This document shows, piece after piece, positions 1 through 9,153 of a DNA stretch of 64,000 nt. The stretch covers positions 1 through 64,000 of the forward strand of contig JALVSY010000030.1 of assembly GCA_027036135.1 (NCBI GenBank). The letters are read 5' to 3'. A program made the translations under genes and the position numbers. The DNA comes from Pyrodictiaceae archaeon (GTDB taxonomy: Archaea; Thermoproteota; Thermoprotei_A; Sulfolobales; Pyrodictiaceae). Every line of letters begins with the position of its first letter. Within the stretch, counting starts at the first letter, position 1. The notes under the pieces are model-generated. The model was given only the letters and a program-made list of their open reading frames with translations, was not told the DNA's origin and did no database searches.

Positions 1-25
1 CTTGCATTTCTCTTTTGAGTTAAGG
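1..25 (-). CRISPR. Leader-proximal CRISPR repeat (array presumably continues left of the window)
   Basis: Minus strand CCTTAACTCAAAAGAGAAATGCAAG resembles 25-nt Desulfurococcales repeats (...AACTCAAAAGAGAATTGCAAG) and the repeat at 6641. A leader homologous to the one at 6666-6910 follows. Confidence 0.75.
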
Positions 26-290
26 GTGTATGTTCCCTGTTGGGCCCGATGTAGTTTACCCCATGATATGCTTATTTATCCTTTTCTCCCTACATGGGAA
101 CACGTGGATCTCAGCTTAATCATCCATGTCCTCTACATGACACATGTTCTCATAGAATTTAATAGAACTGAAACAATGTTCCCAAGAAAAGATTCAACTC
201 CGCTCACAGAGTGTTCCCAAGGGAATAGATAGAGGAGTTTAAAGAACAAGGAGAACAAGGCAAACAAGTAATCGGAGAAAATAGTGATTA
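26..290 (-). promoter_or_regulatory. CRISPR leader 1
   Basis: AT-rich. TATA-like ATAAATAA (plus-strand TTATTTAT, 72-79). 145-278 aligns with 6775-6907, including a 40-nt identical block. Confidence 0.75.
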
Positions 291-304
291 AGTGATTATA
301 AGTA

Positions 305-790
305 TTATTTTATTAGGATTGCTTGAGTGGTGGTGTTGGCTGTATGTCTTGTCTGGGCTTTGGTTACATGTTCTTTTTCTAAACCGCTTATGAGCTGTGG
401 CTGGCCCTTGGCTAGTATTGTTGCGCGGAGGCCTAGGGGCGCGTAGTCTAGGAGCTTTACGTTGACCGGGATCCCGGTTAGCTTGGATAGGTGTGTGCTG
501 AGCGTGTAGGTATAGTATGGCTCATCCCTGTAGCTTATCCTGCCCGCTGTATAGACTGCTACATCAATGTCGCGGAAGAATCTGCGCTGCGTGAACCCAC
601 CGTGGATTATTGCTAGGAGGATTTCGGGGTGCTTGGCTAGCGCTGCTACTAGCTCAGCTATTATTCTCCGGGCCTCTGGGGGCATTGTGCGTGGTAGTGG
701 CTTCTCCTCTAGCTGCTTCCTCAACGCATTTCTCCAGCTCGTGGAGGAACTCATCTCTACCGCTTTTATCCCTCCCCGGGCAGCCTCCAT
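305..790 (-). CDS. Minimal nucleotidyltransferase (MNT) antitoxin-like protein; C-terminus looks degenerate
   Basis: IIHGGF...FRDIDVAVY Pol-beta-type motif and VNVKLLDYAP. Real start probably near 754. Confidence 0.7.
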   Translation of the reverse strand: MEAARGGIKAVEMSSSTSWRNALRKQLEEKPLPRTMPPEARRIIAELVAALAKHPEILLAIIHGGFTQRRFFRDIDVAVYTAGRISYRDEPYYTYTLSTHLSKLTGIPVNVKLLDYAPLGLRATILAKGQPQLISGLEKEHVTKAQTRHTANTTTQAILIK

Positions 791-829
791 GAGTACTCCT
801 AGGTCGTCTATGAACTAGTAGCGGTGGAT
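755..829 (-). pseudogene. C-terminal remnant of a HEPN (DUF86-like) toxin
   Basis: Translates IHRY*FIDDLGVLMEAARGG, resembling the DUF86 VHRYWxID tail. TAG at 815-817, in frame with the MNT ORF. Confidence 0.45.
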
Positions 830-961
830 CGCTGGATTAAGGTCTTTATATAGCGCTACATTAATGACTTCGTGACACGGATTCTAGATTATTTGACTAG
901 TATGTAGAGGAAGCATACATAAGTGCCTAGGCCTTAGAACCAGGGGTTGGGGTAAGGCTAG

Positions 962-1087
962 GTGGCTTTGAAGAAAACGATGACCTGGAGAGAGGCTATT
1001 GATAAGTTTTTTGAGGAGAGTAAATGGGAGCTTGACAAGCTTAGAGAATATGATCTTAAAGCAGTTAAGAAGCCAACTAGAGCCTAG
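962..1087 (+). CDS. Unannotated 41-aa protein, candidate Doc antitoxin
   Basis: GTG...TAG ORF MALKKTMTWREAIDKFFEESKWELDKLREYDLKAVKKPTRA. Convergent with doc and shares the CTAG stop overlap at 1084-1087. Confidence 0.5.
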   Translation: MALKKTMTWREAIDKFFEESKWELDKLREYDLKAVKKPTRA

Positions 1088-1504
1088 TCATTTTCCTTAG
1101 TGGTTCCCTCGAGCCAGTTATAGATCTTCTCAAAGCCCCACTCGCCGCGTGCAACCCCTTATAGCCGCCCTGTATACCGTGGGCCTCGTGAGCCTGTTCT
1201 TGAGTAGAAAAGCCTTCAATACCAGTGTCGCTAGCCTCTTATTACCATCTGTTAAGGGATGCCCCACTATAACCTCATAGAGTAGCGCTGCAGTCGCAGC
1301 CAGCTTCTTATCAGTGCAAGAACCCTGGGTATAGCGTGCTGCCGCCTTAGCAAACTCTATAGCCCTTTCCAGGACACCATAAGATGCAACGCGTATATGG
1401 TCCTCAGGGTAGCTTGTCCTCAGCTTCTCTACGGCGTATAGGAGAGCGCTCATGGTAGGATAATGGATTATGCATCTTCGTTCACTCTTCCCCTTCTCTG
1501 CCAC
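1084..1504 (-). pseudogene. doc: Fic/Doc family toxin with a +1 frameshift near the C-terminus
   Basis: HPLTDGNKR Fic motif. Removing one G of the G4 run near 1157 restores AAIRVARGEWGFEKIYNWLEGTTKEND*. Confidence 0.75.
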
Positions 1505-1808
1505 TACTCAGTCAGCCCCAAGAATTATTGATGATCCGGCAACAGTTCTTCTTAGAGAACCACGCTTCTATGTGTGATCAAAAGCATTGATTAACAGGAT
1601 ATGGAAGAGGCCTTTCCCGGCTATACATGTTGTAGAGCGCCTAGGTACATAGTAGGGACACTTTACCAGCTAAGACAAGAATTCTTCAATTGCTTTTTGC
1701 CTTGTTCAGAGGCCACGCGGATCAAGGCTTATCCATACTAGTCTCTATTCTCTATTTTAGGGATAAAGGGTACCTAAGAGTACTGGCTAGGTTCTAGGGC
1801 GGCTTGGT

Positions 1809-2903
1809 ATGAGTGTCTTTGTAGACAATGGTTATAGGACTAGGCTGGGGGTATCGTTCTATGACCGTGTAGCTGAGCTCGGGAACCTGGAAGAGCTTAC
1901 CGGGTCTTATCGCCTCGTCGTGGTTTATGGGCCCCGGAATGTTGGTAAGAGCGAGCTAGTGTACTACTGGGGGCGGAGACGCCATAGGCACCGGTTCGTG
2001 GCTATTCAGTCTGATCTCCTCCGGGCAAGCGAGCGGGTAGAGGGTGTTGCGCGCTACCTTGTCGCTCCAGGGGACGAGATCCGGGAGTCTATACTCGGGG
2101 CGCTACGGTCGCGTCTAAGGGATCTGGGTCTCCTAGGCCTCGTCTACGCAGCTTATGACACTGTCCGCTCATTACTGGGCGAGACCATTTTCTTCATCGA
2201 TGAGTTCCACTTATTGCCCCGCTACGCTGGGCGCCGCGCCGGGCTCGAGGAGGCCCTCGTAGACCTGGAGGCGCTGGCTCATAGCCTGGCCAAGGCCGAG
2301 GAGCCACGGCTACGGGTAGTGCTAGCTGTGAGCGAGGGATTCTTCGCCTCGCAGGAGGCTCTCACGAGGCTCCACGGCTATAGCACAGAGCACCTCTTAG
2401 TTGAGCACATGGACGAGAAGAGCTACCGTGCCCTCTACACAGAGTACGCTGAGGGAAAGGGCTGCAGCACCGACTTCGCCACAATCTACGGGGTCGCTGG
2501 GGGCGCGCCTGGCTACCTAGCAGAGCTGTGCAGCAGTCAACAAGCCGTTGAGAGGCTCATAGAGCGCTCGGAGAGCCTCCTCGAGTGGAGCCTCGCAGAG
2601 GCAAGGGAAGCCCTAGGCCTAGGCGCCCGGGAAGCAATAGAGCTATCGTATAGGCTCCTGGGCGGGGAGTCCCTGGCCCCGCTCGAGCAGCCAAGGCTGC
2701 ACAGGCTAGGCCAGCTACTAGTCCTACACAACATAGCCTACCCAGTCCAGGAAGCAAGCGGGATGAGGTACAAGCCACAGCTACCAATATACCGAGTACT
2801 CCTCGAAATAGCCGCCGAGGAGAAACAAGCCACCCTACTAGGAATAAGCGCTGAGAAAGCACTAGGGAGGGCAAGAGAACAAGTAGAGACAAACAAGGCC
2901 TAG
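1809..2903 (+). CDS. Archaeal AAA/ATPase_2-type P-loop ATPase
   Basis: FYDRVAEL start, Walker A YGPRNVGKS, Walker B FFIDEFH, GGAPGYL motif. Confidence 0.85.
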   Translation: MSVFVDNGYRTRLGVSFYDRVAELGNLEELTGSYRLVVVYGPRNVGKSELVYYWGRRRHRHRFVAIQSDLLRASERVEGVARYLVAPGDEIRESILGALRSRLRDLGLLGLVYAAYDTVRSLLGETIFFIDEFHLLPRYAGRRAGLEEALVDLEALAHSLAKAEEPRLRVVLAVSEGFFASQEALTRLHGYSTEHLLVEHMDEKSYRALYTEYAEGKGCSTDFATIYGVAGGAPGYLAELCSSQQAVERLIERSESLLEWSLAEAREALGLGAREAIELSYRLLGGESLAPLEQPRLHRLGQLLVLHNIAYPVQEASGMRYKPQLPIYRVLLEIAAEEKQATLLGISAEKALGRAREQVETNKA

Positions 2904-3065
2904 ATCAATAATCGAGCTATTCTTTCCCCACGAGGCCAAGTTCATAATTCCCTACCGCGGGCTAAACAGGACAAGAAATATTCAGAAACAAGCCCCGGGA
3001 ACAATGGATTAACAAAATGAAGCGTTTTAACACATTATTCCGAGCTCTCTTAGTTTCCTCTGCAC

Positions 3066-3396
3066 TCATTCTAGGGTTTCTCTCGCTATCCCTAGCGCTT
3101 CCTTAGCCTCCTCGGGTGCCGGCTCCTCTGAGCCAGGGTAACGAGCCTCTACGGCATGGTCGAAAAGACTTATTGCTTCCCTTGCCTCGTCAATATCCAT
3201 GCCGCTCTCCTCGATAATGAGCAGTAAGTGATCTATACTATGAGTCTTGGCGGCTACCAAGCACTATTATTAGCGCCTTAAGGGCTTTCTCGGCGACTTG
3301 CTGGGAATGGATCACGCTTATCCATGATATTTTGCCTAGCTCGTCCCCGGCTACGACGAGATCCTCCTCGGCTTTCCTGAGCCACTTACACGTCAT
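3066..3396 (-). pseudogene. HEPN domain protein, frameshifted
   Basis: WLRKAEEDL...HSQQVAEKALKALI in one frame, KTHSI...AVEARYP in another; break near 3255. ATGA overlap with the upstream MNT. Confidence 0.8.
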
Positions 3397-3752
3397 CGAG
3401 CTGGTATGCCCTCTTTCTCCACAGAGTAGAACAAGTGACCCACTATGCCCCGATAGTGCCTCCACTTGTCAAGAGAGGCAACAATCACGTCAACCGGTGC
3501 TCTAAGCTCCCATACAAGTCTCATCCTCGCACACCTCGCTAGCTCCCTCCATGTCTCGCGACCCATATCGCCAAGCACCACGACTAATATGTCATAGTCA
3601 CTATCTTCTCGGTAATCCCCCCTCGCACGACTACCAAAGAGTATGATCTTCCCGATACTAACTCCCAGCTTCCCAGCCTCCTCCAATACAACCCGCCTGA
3701 TCAAGCCAAGAACACTCCTATCAGTGACAGCTCTCGGCACATTTTCTCCCAT
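3393..3752 (-). CDS. MNT nucleotidyltransferase antitoxin
   Basis: ILFGSRARGDYREDSDYDILVV and PVDVIV motifs. Confidence 0.9.
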   Translation of the reverse strand: MGENVPRAVTDRSVLGLIRRVVLEEAGKLGVSIGKIILFGSRARGDYREDSDYDILVVVLGDMGRETWRELARCARMRLVWELRAPVDVIVASLDKWRHYRGIVGHLFYSVEKEGIPAR

Positions 3753-4131
3753 GCTATTCCTATCCTCTTTACAGCTTTTATATCCATTCCAAGCCTATCT
3801 CCTCTATCTTGCCCCGGATAGCCTAACAAGCCCTTCGGTCACGCATATACCAATAGCTCCCAGAGCTTGCTTAGAACCACTTCCTCTCAGTACCTCTCTA
3901 CAAGAAATTATCACAGAGAGCCCCTGTGCTAACCAGCCTTAGAAAAGCAATGTTGGAAAACAATACTAATTACTAGTTACTAGCAGTGCACAGTTCTCGC
4001 TGATGGAGTATCAATAAGCTAGGCGCTAAGCTTTATCCCCCCAAGCTCTATTCTCTTTAACGAGTTTCGAAGCCTCCCATGCTACGATCTAAGCTTTACC
4101 TAGAAGAACTGCTCTGGTACCATTTTACGCG

Positions 4132-4531
4132 CTACTTTGTGAAAGGGTTCGTTACTCTCAGTATTCTTCTGTAAGGTTTCTCGTCCTCGGTCACTATCTC
4201 CTCTACTCCATTGTTACGATAAGTGTATGCTAGTAGGCGATCCCAGTAGTAGCGCGGAGGAGCACTAGATGCATGAAGGATCTCAGAAGAAGCATAGTTC
4301 ACCACTTTAAGCATCCTCGATAATAGCTCTACGAGCCTAACTGCCTCCTCCCGCACCTCCGGTGTCTTCCTCGATACCACATATAGTCTCGGCTAGTACC
4401 TGAACAAAGACGGCATAATCGTTTGGATCCTCCACGGCTCCTCCCAGTATATTCGCTGCAATCCTCCTTTTCTCCTCATCTTGTGCAGCCAAGGCATATA
4501 CAAGAATGTTAGTATCCTGTCCTCTCAACAT
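4132..4531 (-). pseudogene. vapC: PIN-domain (VapC-like) toxin, frameshifted
   Basis: DTNILVYA...QVLAE, then in another frame YYWDRLLAYT...IVTEDEK; break near 4380. Confidence 0.8.
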
Positions 4532-4708
4532 AGATTTCCTCCCTTAAGGGCATCTTATCTATCCTCGCTTGCTTCCTTTTCGCAGCCTCCAATATATCCT
4601 CAAGCTCAGCTACCGGGTCAACTACTCGGTACTTACACCGCGGAGAAGCTCCTCTAACCTAACCCCCTCCGGCAATTCGATCTCAACCACTATTCTTCTA
4701 GTAGCCAT
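4520..4708 (-). pseudogene. Small VapB-like antitoxin remnant
   Basis: ATG at 4708 gives MATRRIVVEIELPEGVRLEELLRG, then a frame break to YRVVDPVAELEDILEAAKRKQ. Lies directly upstream of vapC. Confidence 0.5.
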
Positions 4709-4865
4709 AGCTCCCCACACTATTATTACTACTTGTAGGCTATCCCGCCCCCAAGAACATTCCCCGTCAACGATCATCTCTCTTAGGCAAAGTACTTACT
4801 CCATGCCATGAGTCCTAGTGAAGCCTAGCTCTGCCTAGCTAATACATGCGCCGGAGAGTCATCCG

Positions 4866-5342
4866 CTAGATACTAATAAGCACCTTGTACTCGTTGCTTC
4901 GTTGAGCTGGGTTAATACTAGTTACTATGACCGTGATCTTTCTCGGAGGAGTATTAGGGAACACGCTATACGTACCGCTCATCGGCGGGACAAGTGCTTG
5001 GCCGCAGAACGGCCCCCTACTAACACTATACCTTATGGTCATGTTTAGCACTGTCTCATCACTGAGCCTAAGCGGCCTAACACCTATATGCACGACACTG
5101 TAGCAAGCATTCTGAGGCGTCACGGTATAGAAGACATCGAGTTCGCCGCTATTATACACCGCGAACACCGAGATACTGATGTTGCCAACTATACAATTAG
5201 AAACACCATACCTTACAACACTACCTGCCCTACTTGCACCAGCACTAGCTGACTTCAATGAGGCGCCTAGACCAAAGAAAACCACCAACCCGGCTACAAG
5301 AATCAAGAACACTAGGGGGAACAATACCCCGTAACAGACCAT
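4866..5342 (-). CDS. Hypothetical membrane-anchored extracellular beta-rich protein
   Basis: N-terminal hydrophobic helix, N-glycosylation sequons, Cys residues. Confidence 0.6.
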   Translation of the reverse strand: MVCYGVLFPLVFLILVAGLVVFFGLGASLKSASAGASRAGSVVRYGVSNCIVGNISISVFAVYNSGELDVFYTVTPQNACYSVVHIGVRPLRLSDETVLNMTIRYSVSRGPFCGQALVPPMSGTYSVFPNTPPRKITVIVTSINPAQRSNEYKVLISI

Positions 5343-5642
5343 ATACCTAGTGTCTATATATTAGCAATCCAAATAATATCAATCTCTCCCATCCCTGCCA
5401 CCAAATAACGCTACAAGAGGAATAAAGAGAGATAAACCGAAAGGAACGTGATAGCTATTACTACTTTCTTTTGTCGCATCGACTACCTCGACTGAGAGCA
5501 ATCAAGTACAAGGGGCCTAGAGCAGCTAAGCCCGAGGCTCAAGCTCGTAGTATTAGGTACGGGGCTGCCATTCCTGCTAGCAGCACTACTAGCACTAACA
5601 GCGGGCAAGAGGAGAGGGAGATAAAAAGAACGGTGGCGCGAA

Positions 5643-6233
5643 ATGAGTGGATGCCGATACCTCGTCAATATGAACTATGTTGTAGACCTTGCTGCTGGGA
5701 GGAGCGGGGCGTGGAGCTTCGCTAAGCGTAATAAGTGTAGTGTGTGCGCGGGCACAGTCTTAGCTGCGGAGCTGAGGAGAGCCAGGGCCAGGTCCGAGCT
5801 GAGAAGAGCACTCATGGAGGCGGGCGTACACTGGCTCCGTGTGACCAAGGAGAGGTCTAGGGTCAGGAGGCTCCTGGCCAGGGCGCTAGCCCTTCTAGCA
5901 GACACGGGCACTGCGTCCATAAACACGGTCTATGATACAGCATACATACTCGAGGCACGCGAGCTAGGCGCGACACTGGTCACGGGAGACAAAGCAGCGT
6001 GTAAGAGAGCTATAAGACTCGGTATATGCTGCATCTATACTAGGGTGAAGCCCTGGTGCGAAGCATGCACACTAGAACAGTGGACGAGGTGCGTAGCCCC
6101 TACAAGGAGCTCACAAAAGAGGCAATCCAGGCAGCAAAGAAGGGCTACGCGAAAGAGGCAGCCGAGATCCTCACACAATACTTCTACGGCGAGATCGACA
6201 AGAAAGAAGCGGAGAGGAAGCTCAAAGCCCTAG
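5643..6233 (+). CDS. Divergent Cys-rich PIN-domain-like protein
   Basis: YLVNMNYVV / LAAELRR / YDTAYI / LVTGDK follow PIN spacing. The basic C-terminal tail overlaps the next ORF and may be run-through. Confidence 0.6.
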   Translation: MSGCRYLVNMNYVVDLAAGRSGAWSFAKRNKCSVCAGTVLAAELRRARARSELRRALMEAGVHWLRVTKERSRVRRLLARALALLADTGTASINTVYDTAYILEARELGATLVTGDKAACKRAIRLGICCIYTRVKPWCEACTLEQWTRCVAPTRSSQKRQSRQQRRATRKRQPRSSHNTSTARSTRKKRRGSSKP

Positions 6234-6247
6234 CCGAGGCGAGGTAA
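6056..6247 (+). CDS. Small helical protein, possible partner of the PIN-like gene
   Basis: Natural-looking charged amphipathic sequence (YKELTKEAIQAAKKG...EAERKLKALAE). Likely start ATG near 6065. Confidence 0.55.
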   Translation: MRSMHTRTVDEVRSPYKELTKEAIQAAKKGYAKEAAEILTQYFYGEIDKKEAERKLKALAEAR

Positions 6248-6572
6248 AAGGCATTGCAGGACTGGCTTCCCTGGGCCGTATTTGTTCCCGGAATGTTCGT
6301 GGCTCAGAGCACAACGTTTCCAGACTCCTCTATGAAGCCAGCGATAGCCAGCCTCCTTATAAACAAAAACACAGCACTTTAGTTTAGTAACATAGACCAC
6401 ATAATTTACACACCTTCTCTACCAGCATATGCGTTACACCTATGCATAATTCTCTATAAGCAACACTAGGCACGACTTACCAGCGACAAGGCACTGCCAA
6501 GAAGACGCCCATAACATCAAGAGAAAGGCAAAGAAGCCCTAATGCCTCCTATATACTTACAAGCCCAACTAC

Positions 6573-6665
6573 CTTACAATTCTCTTTTTAAGCATTTGTT
6601 AATGGATATGTGAAGTACGTGTTCAGCTCCAACATGGCTGCTTACAATTCTCTTTTGAATATTGC
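6573..6665 (-). CRISPR. CRISPR mini-array: two repeats, one ~43-nt spacer
   Basis: CTTACAATTCTCTTTT at 6573 and 6641 (68-nt period). The leader-distal copy is degenerate in its last 9 nt. Confidence 0.75.
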
Positions 6666-6910
6666 TGGTTTGGTTTCCTTTTGGATCCGAATAATAAGTG
6701 TTATGAGGCAATTATTTATGTTTGTCGGAACCACTCTAATTCCCGTGCATCAAGCTCTCCGTGGTCATCCAAGGTGTTCTCATAGATTCGTATGGATTCG
6801 AAACATTGTTCCCAAGGAAGCATTCGAATCCACTCACGGAGTGTTCCAAGAGAAAAGAAAGAGGAGATTAAAGAACAAGGAGAACAAGGCAAACAAGTAA
6901 TCGGAGAGAA
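6666..6910 (-). promoter_or_regulatory. CRISPR leader 2
   Basis: TTATTTAT at 6712-6719, the same 71-nt offset from the repeat as in leader 1. Homologous to 145-278. Confidence 0.75.
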
Positions 6911-7270
6911 TGATTATTTGTGTTGTGGCCTATTAATGCTGTATTAGGGTTTATGCTTGTTTCTTGGTTTATTGATTTTGGTATTGATTATTTTGAGCGG
7001 GGGCTTAATTTACGCCGCCTCGTGTGTTTAACTAGTTTTGCTGAGCTTGGTCTCAAGGATCATTGCTGCCGGGTTGTAGAGTGGTGCAGCGGTAGTGATT
7101 CTGTTGAGGGGTCTTTGATTACAGAGATTGCTTGGCATGGTTTTGTTGTGAGGCTTGTTGACAGGGTACTTGGCGCTCTCGGTGGTTTGGCTGAGGCTGC
7201 TTAGGGGCCTTGTTATGATAGGATCTTTTGTCTGCGTAGGGGTTGGTGCTGGTTATGAAGCTATGCTATG

Positions 7271-8227
7271 TTATATAGTCTCTTCTCTGTGAGGCAGGTA
7301 GAGCCCTGCTGATTGGTTATTATTCTTTTCCTCTGCCCATGGCTCTACTACTGGTGGTAGCTGGTGCCTCGGTGGCTCTATTGCGACTGCGTGTATCTCT
7401 CCCAGGCCTAGTCCCGGGCTCCCCCCGGCCCCAGTGTACTGGCCTAGTTGGAGGAGTTGTTTGAGGCTCTCCGCGTTCTCCTTGCCGCATACTAGGTGGT
7501 AGCGTGCCTCGCCCGCGAACACTTTTACCTCTTTGCCGTGTGTCAGCCTTATCCTCGCCTTCTTCGTGTTGTCCAGCGCTAGCTCCAGGCATTGCTGGAG
7601 GACTCTTACCAGGGGCTTGTAGTCCACCCCCGTGGCCATGGAGACCCTTCTGGCTATGCTCGCGACGAGTCTCCAGGGGCTCGGGTAGGCCACTAGTGCT
7701 CCGTGGAACCTGTAGAACGTGGGTCCGTGCCTCACCGCTATGGTTGCGGCTACTGGTTCTCCTCCTTCCTCACCGCTTGGCTCCGGGCTCGGGGCCGCTG
7801 CTTTCTCTTCTCTTAGCTCCATACTCTCCACTACTATGTCCCGGTTGAGGCTTAGCCCGGTGATGAAGCCCCTTGCGAGCACGTGGCCCGGGGCCTCTCC
7901 CGCCTTGCCCCAGAACACGGCGCGGAACCGGTACTTCTCCCCCGGGGCCAGGAACCCGGAGACCGGGGTGAAGCCGCCCCCGGCTGGGTAGACGGGGGAG
8001 ACACGGAACAACCCGCCCTCGGGGAGCATTGTGCCAGCGAGGCTCAGGCTATCGTAGACCAGTTTGCCGGAGAACACGCCGCTCCACGATACTAGCTTGA
8101 CGCGGTAAGGCACCTGGAAGACCACGTCCACTACGTAGAACCTCGTCTCTATCAAGACCTGTCTTCCCTCAAGGGATGCCCGCTGTACGCCCCTCCCTAG
8201 CGGGATAGATAGGAACCGAGGACGCAT
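7271..8227 (-). CDS. cas6: CRISPR-associated endoribonuclease Cas6
   Basis: C-terminal Gly-rich loop YTGAGGSPGLGLGEI and RAMP-like PTFYRF...YPSP motif. Adjacent to the mini-array. Start may be TTG near 8154. Confidence 0.85.
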   Translation of the reverse strand: MRPRFLSIPLGRGVQRASLEGRQVLIETRFYVVDVVFQVPYRVKLVSWSGVFSGKLVYDSLSLAGTMLPEGGLFRVSPVYPAGGGFTPVSGFLAPGEKYRFRAVFWGKAGEAPGHVLARGFITGLSLNRDIVVESMELREEKAAAPSPEPSGEEGGEPVAATIAVRHGPTFYRFHGALVAYPSPWRLVASIARRVSMATGVDYKPLVRVLQQCLELALDNTKKARIRLTHGKEVKVFAGEARYHLVCGKENAESLKQLLQLGQYTGAGGSPGLGLGEIHAVAIEPPRHQLPPVVEPWAEEKNNNQSAGLYLPHREETI

Positions 8228-8409
8228 AGATAAACCCAGCCCTGGTAGCTGTTGCGCACCTCGGCGCTACGTGTGTTCAGCCTTAATAGCTTCCCAAGGC
8301 CTCCTAATAGGTAGCGAGACTGGGGCGCTACTGCTTTGTCCAAGGTTGCTGGAGCGCTGAGAAAGTGTGCACCGGGGCGAGAAAACCATGGCCCAGGGAC
8401 AAGGAGCGA

Positions 8410-9024
8410 CTAGAGCCTGGATAGGAACTCTCCGAGAATCTTCTTGAACTCCTCTGGCCTATCCCGGTGGGCCACGTGACCCGCGCCCGGTACCTCTACT
8501 AGTCTCGCTCCTAGACGCCTAGCGACGCCGTGGGCCGCGCTGTGAGGAGCTATTGCGTCATTCTCGCCTCTTACCACTAGGGCTGGCTTCCCCGCTAGCT
8601 TGGCCCTGGCCTCCTCTAAGACCTTCTCGGCGCCGCCTCCTAAGGCGGGCCCAACTAGTACTAGGCCAAGCGTGTTCTCTGGCTCCCTCAGGGCTAGGTA
8701 GAGGGCGTACCGGGCACCCATGCTAGCCCCCACTGCTACGAAGCGCTCTATCCCGGCCTCTCTCAGCGCCTCCCTAGCTACCTCGAGGTTAGTGTCTATG
8801 CTCGTGGTTCGCTTGGTACAGCTAGTGCTCTTCCCATACGGCATATCGGGGGCCGCCCACGCCCAGCCGAGACCCGATAGATACTCTGTTATGCCTGGCT
8901 CGGTCCACACAGTGTAGCGGAAACTATAGCCGTGTAGGAGGAGGATGCCCCTCCCATCCCTGCTGGGCTCCACGAGTGCCTCGCAACTAACAGAGCCAGT
9001 CCCGAGAACCACTCTGCGCGGCAA
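8410..9024 (-). CDS. Alpha/beta hydrolase
   Basis: LLLHG, GASMGA nucleophile elbow, GENDAI, GAGH. Confidence 0.9.
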   Translation of the reverse strand: MPRRVVLGTGSVSCEALVEPSRDGRGILLLHGYSFRYTVWTEPGITEYLSGLGWAWAAPDMPYGKSTSCTKRTTSIDTNLEVAREALREAGIERFVAVGASMGARYALYLALREPENTLGLVLVGPALGGGAEKVLEEARAKLAGKPALVVRGENDAIAPHSAAHGVARRLGARLVEVPGAGHVAHRDRPEEFKKILGEFLSRL

Positions 9025-9153
9025 AGCAAGGGAACCCGGCTATCCAAGAAGCCGTGACCCTCCCCTTATAAGTAGGGAGGAACCGAGAACCAGGTAGCGA
9101 GGATGCCTACTAGGAGCCCAGAGTTGTTAAGCACCAGGGGGTCTGGCAAGGGG

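Noticed and set aside
2-232. 76-aa ORF at the window start
   Set aside because: It overlies the CRISPR repeat and leader and has no protein features.
2996-6291. Inverted CCGGGAACAA copies near 2996 and 6282 as transposon ends
   Set aside because: Only 10 nt, no transposase or target-site duplication, and GAACA/TGTTC words are common in this DNA.
6610-7204. ORFs 6610-6900 and 6920-7204
   Set aside because: The first runs through the spacer, repeat and leader; the second is T/G-skewed low-complexity sequence with no recognisable family.
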